Of a stretch of DNA of 64,000 nt, positions 31,202 to 41,447 are shown piece by piece. Source of the stretch: Alphaproteobacteria bacterium (GTDB lineage: Bacteria > Pseudomonadota > Alphaproteobacteria > GCA-2731375); contig CBDDBZ010000038.1 of the NCBI GenBank assembly GCA_965225945.1, positions 320,001 to 384,000 of the forward strand, given 5' to 3'. A model generated the notes under the pieces. The model did not search any database, was not told where the DNA came from, and saw nothing but the letters and a program-made list of their open reading frames with translations. Numbering within the stretch: position 1 is the stretch's first letter; the number at the start of each line of letters is the position of its first letter. A program made the translations under genes and the position numbers.

Positions 31202-31915
31202 ATGTTCAATCTCAAGCGCCAACGACAATTCGACAAGGTAAAGCTCGTCTATGGCTCGCACGGCAACCGGGACGACGGGCTCTGCGCGATGGAAGTGGTC
31301 GCCTATCTCGCGGGCGAGAGCCATTCGGACCATCCCGACTGCGCCTGTCCGGTGCTCACCGGCTACACCATCCGGATGAACGACGCCATGACCGACGACT
31401 GGCGCCAGCGGCTGAAGCCCTATCTGCCGTTGCTGATCGAGAGTCGCGACGGGCGCGAGGTCGAGCGGGCCGAGCTCCTGGCCTGGCGCGCGGTCCAGGT
31501 GTTCCTGCCGTTGGCGCTGGACGCCTGCCAGCTGCCGGACCTCGCCCGTCGATTCCGAGCCATGTCCGGTCGGCTCGACCGGGCGGCCGACGCGGCCTAT
31601 GCCGCCTATGGCGCGGCCAGCGGGTCGTCGGCCCGCTCGCGGGCCGTCAATACCGGACAGGCCTGCGCCATGCACGCGGCCCGGGCGGCCTATGCCGCGC
31701 ACGCGGCCGGCGCCGCCAGGGCGCCGCATATCGGCCGCGCGGTCGAGGCCTCCGATGCCGCCGACGCGGCGATCGCCCTGACACGGGTCCTGCCGGCGGG
31801 GGAGGTCTGGCCGCTGGCGCTGGAGGCCTTGGACGCGGCGCTGGAAATCGGCGCCGACGCACGGGCGGCCCAGATGGAAGCGCCGCGCCCGGCGGAACTC
31901 GTCGCCGGTCGCTGA
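31202..31915 (+). CDS. hypothetical protein with a Cys/His motif and an Ala-rich tract
   Basis: GSH...DGLCAMEVVAYLAGESHSDHPDCACP. Confidence 0.75.
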   Translation: MFNLKRQRQFDKVKLVYGSHGNRDDGLCAMEVVAYLAGESHSDHPDCACPVLTGYTIRMNDAMTDDWRQRLKPYLPLLIESRDGREVERAELLAWRAVQVFLPLALDACQLPDLARRFRAMSGRLDRAADAAYAAYGAASGSSARSRAVNTGQACAMHAARAAYAAHAAGAARAPHIGRAVEASDAADAAIALTRVLPAGEVWPLALEALDAALEIGADARAAQMEAPRPAELVAGR

Positions 31916-31963
31916 GCCGATCCGAGCCGACGGCCGAGGCGGCGGCGAAGACGGGCGGGCATC

Positions 31964-32605
31964 ATGGCTAGCGATGACGAGGGCGATGACGAGGACGCCC
32001 AGCCGACGTTCAGCTACCACGGACGCCGGCTGTTCCAGGGCGTCATCGCCGCCATCGGCATCATCGTCCTCTTGCTAGGGGTGCGCGACCTGGCGGTGGG
32101 AGAGGGCGCCCGGCCACTCGACCCGGGCTTGCAACAGAGCCAGCCGATCGAGGATTTCAACCGCTTTCTCGACGAAGGGATCGGCCGCCGCAACATCGAT
32201 TTCTTCATGCTGGCGATCGGTGCCTGGATCGCCTTCTTCGGGCTCGACGGCGTGCTCTGTCGCGGCCCGCAGCTCTCCTTCGGGCCGGACGGCTTGCGTT
32301 ACTTCCGTTTCGGCCGCCAAGTCCTGCCCTGGAGCGCCTTCGCCCACGTCAACTTCATCCAACGCCGGCGCACCAGCCTGCTACGCTCCAGCTATATCGA
32401 TCTGCAACTGCACGACCCGGCGCCTTATGCCGCCGGCCAGCCGTTCCTCTATCGGGCCTTTCGCCGCCTGATGCACCCCTTCGACGGCTCTGTCTTCACC
32501 ATCTACGGCTACGACATCGAGGCCCCGCTGGTCAGCATCATCCAGCGGATGCAGGAGATCGCCGAGCCCGAGTCGGTGCGGGACGAGGAGGACGGAACGC
32601 TCTGA
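31964..32605 (+). CDS. hypothetical membrane protein
   Basis: Two TM segments followed by a soluble domain. Confidence 0.75.
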   Translation: MASDDEGDDEDAQPTFSYHGRRLFQGVIAAIGIIVLLLGVRDLAVGEGARPLDPGLQQSQPIEDFNRFLDEGIGRRNIDFFMLAIGAWIAFFGLDGVLCRGPQLSFGPDGLRYFRFGRQVLPWSAFAHVNFIQRRRTSLLRSSYIDLQLHDPAPYAAGQPFLYRAFRRLMHPFDGSVFTIYGYDIEAPLVSIIQRMQEIAEPESVRDEEDGTL

Positions 32606-32716
32606 ACATGATCCACTAGACCACCCACTCAGCCCCGCCCGGCGAGGGCGCGGGCTGAACGCCTTGATGCGGTCGGCACCCGGTGCGAGAGTCCGCCAAA
32701 GTCGGAGGGGAAGCCC

Positions 32717-33508
32717 ATGCCGAGGATCGCCGCCAACGTCACCATGCTGTTCACCGAGCTCGCGGAGGAGGCGCGCTACGCGGCCGCGGCGGCCGCCGGC
32801 TTTCGCGGTGTCGAGATGCTGTTTCCCTACGCGCACCCCAAGGAAACCGTCCGGGGCTGGCTGGACGCGAGCGCGATGGAGCAGGTGCTGATCAACATGC
32901 CGTCGGGCGATTGGCAGGGCGGCGAACGCGGCCTTGCCTGCCTGCCGGACCGGCGCGGCGAATTCCAGGACGCGATCGGCCAAGCCATCGACTACGCGCG
33001 CCATCTGGACTGCCCCCGGGTCCATGTCGTCGCCGGCCTGGTGCCGGACGAGGCGACCTCGCGCCGGCCCTACGGGGAGGCCTACCGCGAGAACGTCGCG
33101 TACGCCGCCGACGCCTTGGCCGAGGCCGGGCTGGAGGCGACGATCGAGCCGATCAACGGCAAGCGCGACGCGCCCGGCTTCTTCCTGCAGACGACAATCG
33201 AGGGGCGCGAAATCATCGCGGAGTTGGACCGGCCCAACCTCAAGCTGCAGTTCGACGCCTATCACGTCCAGATCATGGAGGGCGACCTGGTCGAGACTTT
33301 CCGCGCCTGCCTGCCGGTGATCGGCCACATCCAGATCGGCAATCCCCCCGGCCGCCACGAGCCCGATTGCGGCGAGACCAACTACCCCTATTTTTTCGAG
33401 GCGGTGGACGCCAGCGGCTACGACGGCTGGGTCGCCTGCGAATACGTGCCCCGCGCCGGCACCCTCGAAGGCCTCGGCTGGGCGCGGCCCTACGGTATCG
33501 GCGGCTGA
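32717..33508 (+). CDS. hydroxypyruvate isomerase family (TIM barrel)
   Basis: AANVTMLF, IEPIN, DAYHVQ and PGRHEP motifs. Confidence 0.92.
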   Translation: MPRIAANVTMLFTELAEEARYAAAAAAGFRGVEMLFPYAHPKETVRGWLDASAMEQVLINMPSGDWQGGERGLACLPDRRGEFQDAIGQAIDYARHLDCPRVHVVAGLVPDEATSRRPYGEAYRENVAYAADALAEAGLEATIEPINGKRDAPGFFLQTTIEGREIIAELDRPNLKLQFDAYHVQIMEGDLVETFRACLPVIGHIQIGNPPGRHEPDCGETNYPYFFEAVDASGYDGWVACEYVPRAGTLEGLGWARPYGIGG

Positions 33509-33684
33509 CGGCCCCGGCGTCGCGACCTCCAACCCTGACTTGGCGCACGTCAAGCCCAGGTAATAGCGCACGCTGGAGGTGTCGTCGGATGTTCCCAGGG
33601 CCGAGTCAGATGGAAATCCCCGGACCAAATACCCGGAACGGCTTTAGGGTTGCGGGGGCACTGGAGGCGGGCCAAGCTGTCGGC

Positions 33685-33951
33685 ATGGCCGAGCAGCACC
33701 CCGATCACCACCCGGAAACCGGCCCGGACGCCCCGGGCGAAAAAAAGCTGACCGTATTCGGCGAGCCGCTGTGGGTCGACGCGCTGAAGACGCTGGGCGT
33801 GGCCTTGGCCATGTTGTTGGGGACGGTCGCGGTCGGCGCCGTGCTCGGGATAATGATCATGGCCCCCTGGGGGCGGGCCAGCCCCGAATGCTCGATTTTT
33901 TGCGTGCTCGAGCAGCGGCTCGAGGCGTTCTTCTCCGACCAGCCGTCCTGA
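33685..33951 (+). CDS. small membrane protein
   Basis: GGAGG upstream, one long hydrophobic helix, C-terminal C..FC. Confidence 0.55.
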   Translation: MAEQHPDHHPETGPDAPGEKKLTVFGEPLWVDALKTLGVALAMLLGTVAVGAVLGIMIMAPWGRASPECSIFCVLEQRLEAFFSDQPS

Positions 33952-34051
33952 CCGGATCCGGGTCGATGCCCGGCGCCCCGCAAGGCCCTATCGCCCGGGC
34001 CATGTGGGGATAAATTGCCGCGCCGGGCCGCGGTCTTCACGGGGGATCGCT

Positions 34052-35428
<1,377 letters not shown>

Positions 35429-35509
35429 GGTGGTCCCTCCGCTCGGCGCCGGCAGGGGCGCGGATGTCCGAAAGACCGGAGCATGACGCAGCGCCCGCCC
35501 CCTCGCAAC

Positions 35510-35568
35510 CACCACCCCGGCACCACCCCGGCACCACCCCGGCACCACCCCGGCACCACCCCGGCACC
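35510..35568. repeat. 11-bp tandem repeat CACCACCCCGG, about 5 copies
   Basis: Read directly from the sequence. Confidence 0.92.
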
Positions 35569-35624
35569 GACCGGGCTCGGGAGAGCCCGGTTATCCATCG
35601 TGCGTACCGAGCTTCTCCCGGGAC

Positions 35625-35633
35625 TTATCCACA
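35625..35633 (+). promoter_or_regulatory. DnaA box upstream of gcrA
   Basis: Perfect TTATCCACA; degenerate TTATCCATC at 35591; DnaA activates gcrA in Caulobacter. Confidence 0.7.
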
Positions 35634-35790
35634 AGAATTTGTGGTTTGCTGCCCGATCTACCACATTATCTATTGCCCCGACGAAATCCCGGACCTAACA
35701 TGCCGGCGGCCGTGGGGAACCCGAATCGACGTCTTTTGGGCTCGATTCCAGGCCCGCCCGGCCGGGAGGCGGCAAATCGTCGAAAAGACG

Positions 35791-35838
35791 GGCGAGAAAC
35801 CCGGCGATAAACCCGGCGATAAATCAGGCGAGAAACCA
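35791..35838 (+). repeat. four 12-bp direct repeats GGCGA(G/T)AAA(C/T)C(C/A) in the gcrA leader
   Basis: ggcgagaaaccc ggcgataaaccc ggcgataaatca ggcgagaaacca. Confidence 0.85.
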
Positions 35839-35862
35839 GAAACCAGGGGGTAGGGTCCCGAG

Positions 35863-36264
35863 ATGGAATGGACTGAAGAACGCGTTGAAATTTTGCAGGA
35901 ATTGTGGGCGGCGGGGTATTCCGCGAGGGCCATCGCCGATCGCCTGGGAGGCACCACGCGCAATGCGGTGATCGGCAAGGCCAACCGCATGGGCCTCTCG
36001 AAGCCGACCAAATCGTCGATGACGCGCCAGCGCCGACAAGAGGAAGACGTGGTCGTCGTGGAGGAAGTGTTCGACGCGCCCGAGGGGGGCGTGTCGATCC
36101 TCACGCTGACGCATTCCACCTGCCGCTGGCCGATCGGCCATCCGGGCGATGAAAATTTCTACTTCTGCGGCGCGCGGGCCAAGCAGGGCCAGCCCTATTG
36201 CGAGCGTCACGGGCGTATGGCCTACCAGGTGCCGACGCCGAAGGAGGCGCGCAGGCGCGCCTGA
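35863..36264 (+). CDS. gcrA: GcrA cell-cycle regulator
   Basis: MEWTEERVE.L..LW, TRNAVIGKA.R, CRWPIGHP and YC..H..AYQ motifs. Confidence 0.93.
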   Translation: MEWTEERVEILQELWAAGYSARAIADRLGGTTRNAVIGKANRMGLSKPTKSSMTRQRRQEEDVVVVEEVFDAPEGGVSILTLTHSTCRWPIGHPGDENFYFCGARAKQGQPYCERHGRMAYQVPTPKEARRRA

Positions 36265-36562
36265 AGCCGTCGGCCATGCGTGAATTAGGGGACTGATGCG
36301 TACTTTGTGGCTGCTCCGGTCGGAGACTTAGGAGTGGTTGCTCGAGATGACGCTTTACCGTGGACGCTCCCGTGGCCACCAGCGGACCATGAACCGTAGT
36401 GGGTCGCACTCGGCCGGCCCGAGGGTCGACCTCGCGAAGAGCGGCAGCTGGCGTCACCTGTGGGAGCGCCAGCCGGCGGGATGAGCGAGCGACCCAGAAA
36501 TTCCGCACGGGCGGAAGATGCCCTAGAATAGCCGGGCCCACCCAGCTTCGAGGAGCGAGGCG

Positions 36563-37207
36563 ATGCCACTTGCCCCGGCTCACAAGGTTTGGCTCGCCCG
36601 TGTCTACGGCGCCGGCGACAACGCCGAGTTGGAGCGCGCCTACGACGAATGGGCGAGCGCCTATGACGGCGACATGGGCGCGCTGGGATATCTGAACCCC
36701 GCCGTGGTGGCGGGCATGGTGGGCCGCCATCTGAGGGCGGACGCGGGTGAAATTCTCGACGTCGGCGCCGGCACCGGCGTCATCGGCGAGGTGCTGGCGG
36801 CGGTGGGTTACGGCCCGCTGGTGGCGATCGATCTCTCCCGAGGCATGCTCGGCGTCGCGGCGCGAAAGGGCGCTTACGCCGAGTGTCTCCGCATGGTGCT
36901 GGGGGAGCGGTTGGATTTCGCCGACGACCGCTTTGCCGCCACCACCGCCGCCGGCGTCTTCACCCAGGGCCACGCGCCCGCCAATTCCTATGACGAGCTG
37001 GTGCGCGTGACCCGGCCGGGCGGGCGGATCTTCCTGGCGCTTTCCGAGCACGCGGAGGCCGATCTCGGCTTTGGCGCGAAGGCCGAGGCGCTGGTCGCGA
37101 GCGGCGCCTGGCGCAAGGTCGCCGAGAGCGCGCCCTTCATCGTCATGCCGGCCTTGGAGGTGGCCGACCAGATGGCGGTCCGGGTTTATGTCCATGAAGT
37201 TCGATGA
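36563..37207 (+). CDS. class I SAM-dependent methyltransferase
   Basis: YDEWA..YD, LDVGAGTG and RPGG motifs. Confidence 0.9.
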   Translation: MPLAPAHKVWLARVYGAGDNAELERAYDEWASAYDGDMGALGYLNPAVVAGMVGRHLRADAGEILDVGAGTGVIGEVLAAVGYGPLVAIDLSRGMLGVAARKGAYAECLRMVLGERLDFADDRFAATTAAGVFTQGHAPANSYDELVRVTRPGGRIFLALSEHAEADLGFGAKAEALVASGAWRKVAESAPFIVMPALEVADQMAVRVYVHEVR

Positions 37208-37221
37208 GGAGTGAAGGATCG

Positions 37222-38283
37222 ATGGCGGGATACAAAATCGCGGTGATCGCGGGCGACGGGATCGGCAAGGAGGTGATGCCGGAGGCGCTCCGCGCGATCG
37301 AGGCGGCGGGCGCCGTCCACGGCTTCGAATGCGCCTGGACCGAGTTCGACTGGAGCTGCCGGAGCTACCTGGAGACCGGCCGGATGATGCCGGAGGACGG
37401 CTTGGAGAGGCTGGCCGAATTCGATGCCATCTTCCTGGGCGCGGTCGGCTACCCGGGCGTGCCGGATCACGTCTCGCTCTGGGGCTTGCTGATCCCGATC
37501 CGCCGCGCCTTCGAGCAATACGTCAACCTCCGCCCCTTGAAGCTGCTGCCGGGCGTTACCTCGCCGCTCGCCGGGCGCGAGGCGGGCGAGATCGATTTCT
37601 ACGTCGTGCGCGAGAACAACGAGGGCGAATATTCCGAGATGGGCGGGCGGATCTACGCCGGCACGCCCCGGGAGATGGTGATACAGGAAAGCGTCTTCAC
37701 CCGCCACGGCGTCGATCGCATCCTGCGCTACGCCTTCGAATTGGCCCGCAAGCGGCGGCGCAAGGTGACCTCGGCGACCAAGTCCAACGGCATCATCCAC
37801 ACCATGCCCTTTTGGGACGAGCGTTTCGCCGCGATCGCGGCGGAATTTGACGACGTCGAGACCGACCAGTTCCACATCGACATCCTGAGCGCGCAATTCG
37901 TCCAGCACCCCGACTGGTTCGACGTCGTCGTCGCCTCCAACCTCTTTGGCGACATCCTCTCGGATCTGGGCGCGGCGGTGGTCGGCGGCATGGGTCTGGC
38001 GCCCGCCGCCAACATCAACCCCGATCCCGACCAGCCCTCGATGTTCGAGCCGGTACATGGTTCCGCCCCCGACATCGAGGGCCAGGGCATCGCCAATCCG
38101 ATCGCCCAGATCTGGACCGGGGCGATGATGCTGGAGCATCTGGGCGAGACGGCGGCGGCCCGGGCCATCGAGGCCGCGATCGCCGAGGTGCTGGAGCAAG
38201 GCGCGGTCCGGACCCGCGATCTGGGCGGCCAGGCGGGCACGGTGGAGATGGGCAAGGCGGTGCGCGAGGCGATTTCGACCTGA
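37222..38283 (+). CDS. tartrate/D-malate dehydrogenase (decarboxylating) family
   Basis: GDGIGKEV, RENNEGEYS, SATKSNG and FEPVHGSAPDI motifs. Confidence 0.93.
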   Translation: MAGYKIAVIAGDGIGKEVMPEALRAIEAAGAVHGFECAWTEFDWSCRSYLETGRMMPEDGLERLAEFDAIFLGAVGYPGVPDHVSLWGLLIPIRRAFEQYVNLRPLKLLPGVTSPLAGREAGEIDFYVVRENNEGEYSEMGGRIYAGTPREMVIQESVFTRHGVDRILRYAFELARKRRRKVTSATKSNGIIHTMPFWDERFAAIAAEFDDVETDQFHIDILSAQFVQHPDWFDVVVASNLFGDILSDLGAAVVGGMGLAPAANINPDPDQPSMFEPVHGSAPDIEGQGIANPIAQIWTGAMMLEHLGETAAARAIEAAIAEVLEQGAVRTRDLGGQAGTVEMGKAVREAIST

Positions 38284-38325
38284 TGCGTGCCGATGCGCCC
38301 CGCCGCCCCGGCGAGGAGAACGAGC

Positions 38326-39186
38326 ATGACGGAGGCACTCTACTACCGTCCCTCCGGGCGGATCGGTTTCCGGGGGCCCCTGCTGATGGCGCTCGGCAGC
38401 CTCGCCGGCGCGATTCTATTGGGCGCGATCTACGGCTACTGGATGTGGTACGTGATCGTCCTCCTGAAGTTCTTCGCTCCGCTGGCCTATGGTTCCGGCG
38501 TCGGCCTGATCGTCGGCCAGGCCGCGCATCTCGCCAAGGTCCGCAACGGCGCCTTCGTCGGCGCGTTCGGCGCGGCTGTCGGCGTCCTCTCGGTCTACAC
38601 CGGCTGGGTCTTCTGGCTCTTGGCGTGGAGCGAGCAGAGCTACTTTTCGCCGCTGAGCGATACCTGGTGGTTCTCCGCGATCGCCGAGGCGGCGGTGGAG
38701 GGCGTCGACCAAGACGATGAGACCTTCCAGGGCGGGACACTCTACATCTGGTGGACCGTCGAGGCCGTCGTGATCGTGGGCTCCAGTGTGCTCAACGCGC
38801 TGTGGCTCGTGGGTGCGAGCGATAACACTTTTTGCGAGGCGTGCGAGGAATGGGCCGAGGACGTCTATTGGTCGCCCGTTCTGGAGGCGATCGGGGCCGA
38901 GGAGGGCTTCCAAGCGGAGCTGGAGGCCGACCCCCTCAGACGCCTCGTGGCGATCCGGCGGGCCGCGCCCGGGGAGTACGGCACGTTCAGCCGCATACGT
39001 ATCCAGGCGTGCCCGAGTTGCCAATTTTTCTTCTGTCTGGATGTCCAGAAGATCAAGAGGTGGGAAAACCACGAGGGCCCGGATGGGAGCAGTCAGACGG
39101 TGCTGGTCGACAATTTGTTGATCGACAAGCGGACCCACGACAGGCTCGCCCGCCACTTCCCCAACGCCGGCAAACCGTCCTCCTAG
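38326..39186 (+). CDS. 4-TM membrane protein with C-terminal CxxC...CxxC domain (copy 1)
   Basis: Hydrophobic helices, FCEACEEW and ACPSC; GAGGAG ribosome-binding site. Confidence 0.8.
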   Translation: MTEALYYRPSGRIGFRGPLLMALGSLAGAILLGAIYGYWMWYVIVLLKFFAPLAYGSGVGLIVGQAAHLAKVRNGAFVGAFGAAVGVLSVYTGWVFWLLAWSEQSYFSPLSDTWWFSAIAEAAVEGVDQDDETFQGGTLYIWWTVEAVVIVGSSVLNALWLVGASDNTFCEACEEWAEDVYWSPVLEAIGAEEGFQAELEADPLRRLVAIRRAAPGEYGTFSRIRIQACPSCQFFFCLDVQKIKRWENHEGPDGSSQTVLVDNLLIDKRTHDRLARHFPNAGKPSS

Positions 39187-39401
39187 CGATCCGCTCACGC
39201 GGGGGAGCGGGTGGTGCGGCCTGGTCGGATAAGGTGGACATGGGCAAGGCGGTGACCGAGGCGATTTCGACCTGATGCGCGCCGATGCGCCCCGCCGCCC
39301 CGGCGAGGAGAACGAGGGATGACAGAGGCACTCTTACTACCGCCAGTCCGGGCGGATCACCGCGAGAGCCAAGAGCCGGCGGTTTCCGGGGGCCCGTGGT
39401 G

Positions 39402-40229
39402 ATGGCGCTCGGCGGCCTCGCCGGCACGATTGGGATCGGCGCGATCTACGGCTATTTTCTGGGATGGATGCATGGCTATGAGGAGTGGTGGGTCCAACTC
39501 TTCATGGAGCTCGTGCTGCCGGTGTTTTACGGTTTCGGCGTCGGCGCGATCGTCGGTCTGGCCGCGCGTCTCGGCAAGGTCCGCAACGGCGCCTTCGTCG
39601 GCTGGTTCGGCGCGGCGGTCGGTGTCGTCGCGGTCTACACCGGCTGGGTCTTCTGGCTCTTGGCGTGGAGCGAGCACAGCTACTTTTCGCCGCTGAGCGA
39701 GTACTGGTGGTTCTCCGCGATCGCGGAGGTGGCGGGGGAGGGAATCGTCTACGACGAAGATTGGACCGCCCAGGGCGCAATACTCTACGTTTGGTGGACC
39801 GTCGAGGCCGTCTTGATCGTGTTCTTCAGTTGGGTCATGGCGTGGGCGATGGTGGATGCGAGCGAGCACACCTTCTGCGAGGCGTGCGAGGAATGGGCCG
39901 AGGACATCTATTGGTCGCCCGATCTGGAGACGCTCGGGGGTGTGAAGCGCTTCCAGGCGGAGCTGGAGGCCGACCCCCTCGGACGCTTGCTGGCGATCCC
40001 GCCGGCCAAGCCCCGGGTGCCCGGCAGGTTCAGCCGCATCCGTATCCAGGCGTGCCCGAGCTGCGGGAATTTCTTCACCCTGGATGTCCAGAAGATTAAG
40101 AGGTGGCGCAACAAAGAGGGCGAGGAGGAGAGCAGTCAGACGGTGCTGGTCGACAATCTATTGATCGACAAGCCAACCTACGACGCGCTCGCCCGCCACT
40201 TCCCCAACGCCGGCAAACCGGACGACTGA
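39402..40229 (+). CDS. paralog of 38326-39186 (copy 2) whose original 5' end is frameshifted
   Basis: Near-identical blocks; homologous ATG at 39319 is out of frame, next in-frame ATG is 39402. Confidence 0.7.
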   Translation: MALGGLAGTIGIGAIYGYFLGWMHGYEEWWVQLFMELVLPVFYGFGVGAIVGLAARLGKVRNGAFVGWFGAAVGVVAVYTGWVFWLLAWSEHSYFSPLSEYWWFSAIAEVAGEGIVYDEDWTAQGAILYVWWTVEAVLIVFFSWVMAWAMVDASEHTFCEACEEWAEDIYWSPDLETLGGVKRFQAELEADPLGRLLAIPPAKPRVPGRFSRIRIQACPSCGNFFTLDVQKIKRWRNKEGEEESSQTVLVDNLLIDKPTYDALARHFPNAGKPDD

Positions 40230-40327
40230 CGCCCCGCGCGCCATCGGCGTTCACCGAATCTTCAGCCCGAAGGGATCGAATGGGGGCCGGCCCGCGCCCG
40301 CGCGGGCGATGGCGCGCGAGGCTCGAG

Positions 40328-40810
40328 ATGCAGGCGAAGGGAATCGACGAATGGCGCCGCCGCGTCGAGGGCACCAACATCAACTCGCGGACGCTACTCG
40401 CCACCGACTACCTGAACCACTTCAACGAGATCGTCATGCTCCTGGAGATGTTGCCGGACATCCCCGAGTGCCTGGAAGACGCTCGTGCGTGGCGACCCAA
40501 GAGCTATGTCGAGCACTTCGCCGACAGCAGCGTCGCCGACCGGGAGCTCGCGATTCTGGTCTACCTGCACGCGCCCGAGTGCTACCGGCTGCCGTTCGAG
40601 CAGGCGGTCGTGGCGATGAACGAGATCGTCACCACCTGCCTGGGCGAGTGCGAGACGGCGCTTTCGGGAGACCAGGACGAACGCCTGCGCGACGTCGTCG
40701 CGGGCGGCTCGGCCGCTCTTCAGCACCTGATCGACAGGGCGAGCGCGATGATACACGGCCGCGAGGTCACGCTGGAACAGGCCGAGATCGACGCCCTGAT
40801 CGGCGCCTGA
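40328..40810 (+). CDS. conserved hypothetical protein
   Basis: NINSRTLLATDYLNHFNE motif; good codon usage. Confidence 0.8.
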   Translation: MQAKGIDEWRRRVEGTNINSRTLLATDYLNHFNEIVMLLEMLPDIPECLEDARAWRPKSYVEHFADSSVADRELAILVYLHAPECYRLPFEQAVVAMNEIVTTCLGECETALSGDQDERLRDVVAGGSAALQHLIDRASAMIHGREVTLEQAEIDALIGA

Positions 40811-40823
40811 GCCCAGGGCGGGG

Positions 40824-41171
40824 CTATTTCGCAGCCATCACCATGATTTCGACCAGATACCGCGGCGCGGCGAGCGCGCTGCAGAGGCCGGCGCGGACCG
40901 GCGGGTTGTCGGGGTCGATCCAGCGATCCCAGACCTCGTTCATGGCCTCGAAGTGACGCATGTCGGTGACCCAGAGCTGGGCCCACAGCAGCTTCGACTT
41001 GCTGCTGCCGCACTCCTCGAGGAGTGCGTCGATCTTGTTCAGGATCTGCTGGGTCTGGCCGGCGGCGTCGAGCGCGCCGTCGTCGGCGACCTGGCCGGCG
41101 AGGTAGACGACATCGCCGTGCTCCACGGCCTGGCTCATGCGCGGGCCGACGTGATGGCGGGTGATACTCAT
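40824..41171 (-). CDS. RidA/YoaB family protein
   Basis: RMSQAV, VYLAGQV, MNEVWD.W and P.RA motifs. Confidence 0.9.
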   Translation of the reverse strand: MSITRHHVGPRMSQAVEHGDVVYLAGQVADDGALDAAGQTQQILNKIDALLEECGSSKSKLLWAQLWVTDMRHFEAMNEVWDRWIDPDNPPVRAGLCSALAAPRYLVEIMVMAAK

Positions 41172-41447
41172 GGACGCGTCCTCCTCCACTCGGGAATTGT
41201 GCTGACGAGGGATAGTGTAGAGCCCGGCCCCCCGGCCTCACAAGCCACCATCGCAGCACCGTGCCGAGAAGCGAAGACGAAACCCATGCGCAAGACGACC
41301 CCGGTCTTCATCGACCTGGGAAGCCCCTACACACTGAACGCGCTGGAGGAGAATAGCCGGCGCCGAGAATTGTCGAGGGCGCGGGCATGCTGCTAGTGTG
41401 GCGCGACACGGGAGCCGGAAAATACCAAACACGGGAAGGATTGGGCC

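Noticed and set aside
35581-35700. Possible chromosomal origin (oriC)
   Set aside because: Only one perfect DnaA box, no extended AT-rich unwinding element and no origin-linked genes; better explained as gcrA regulation
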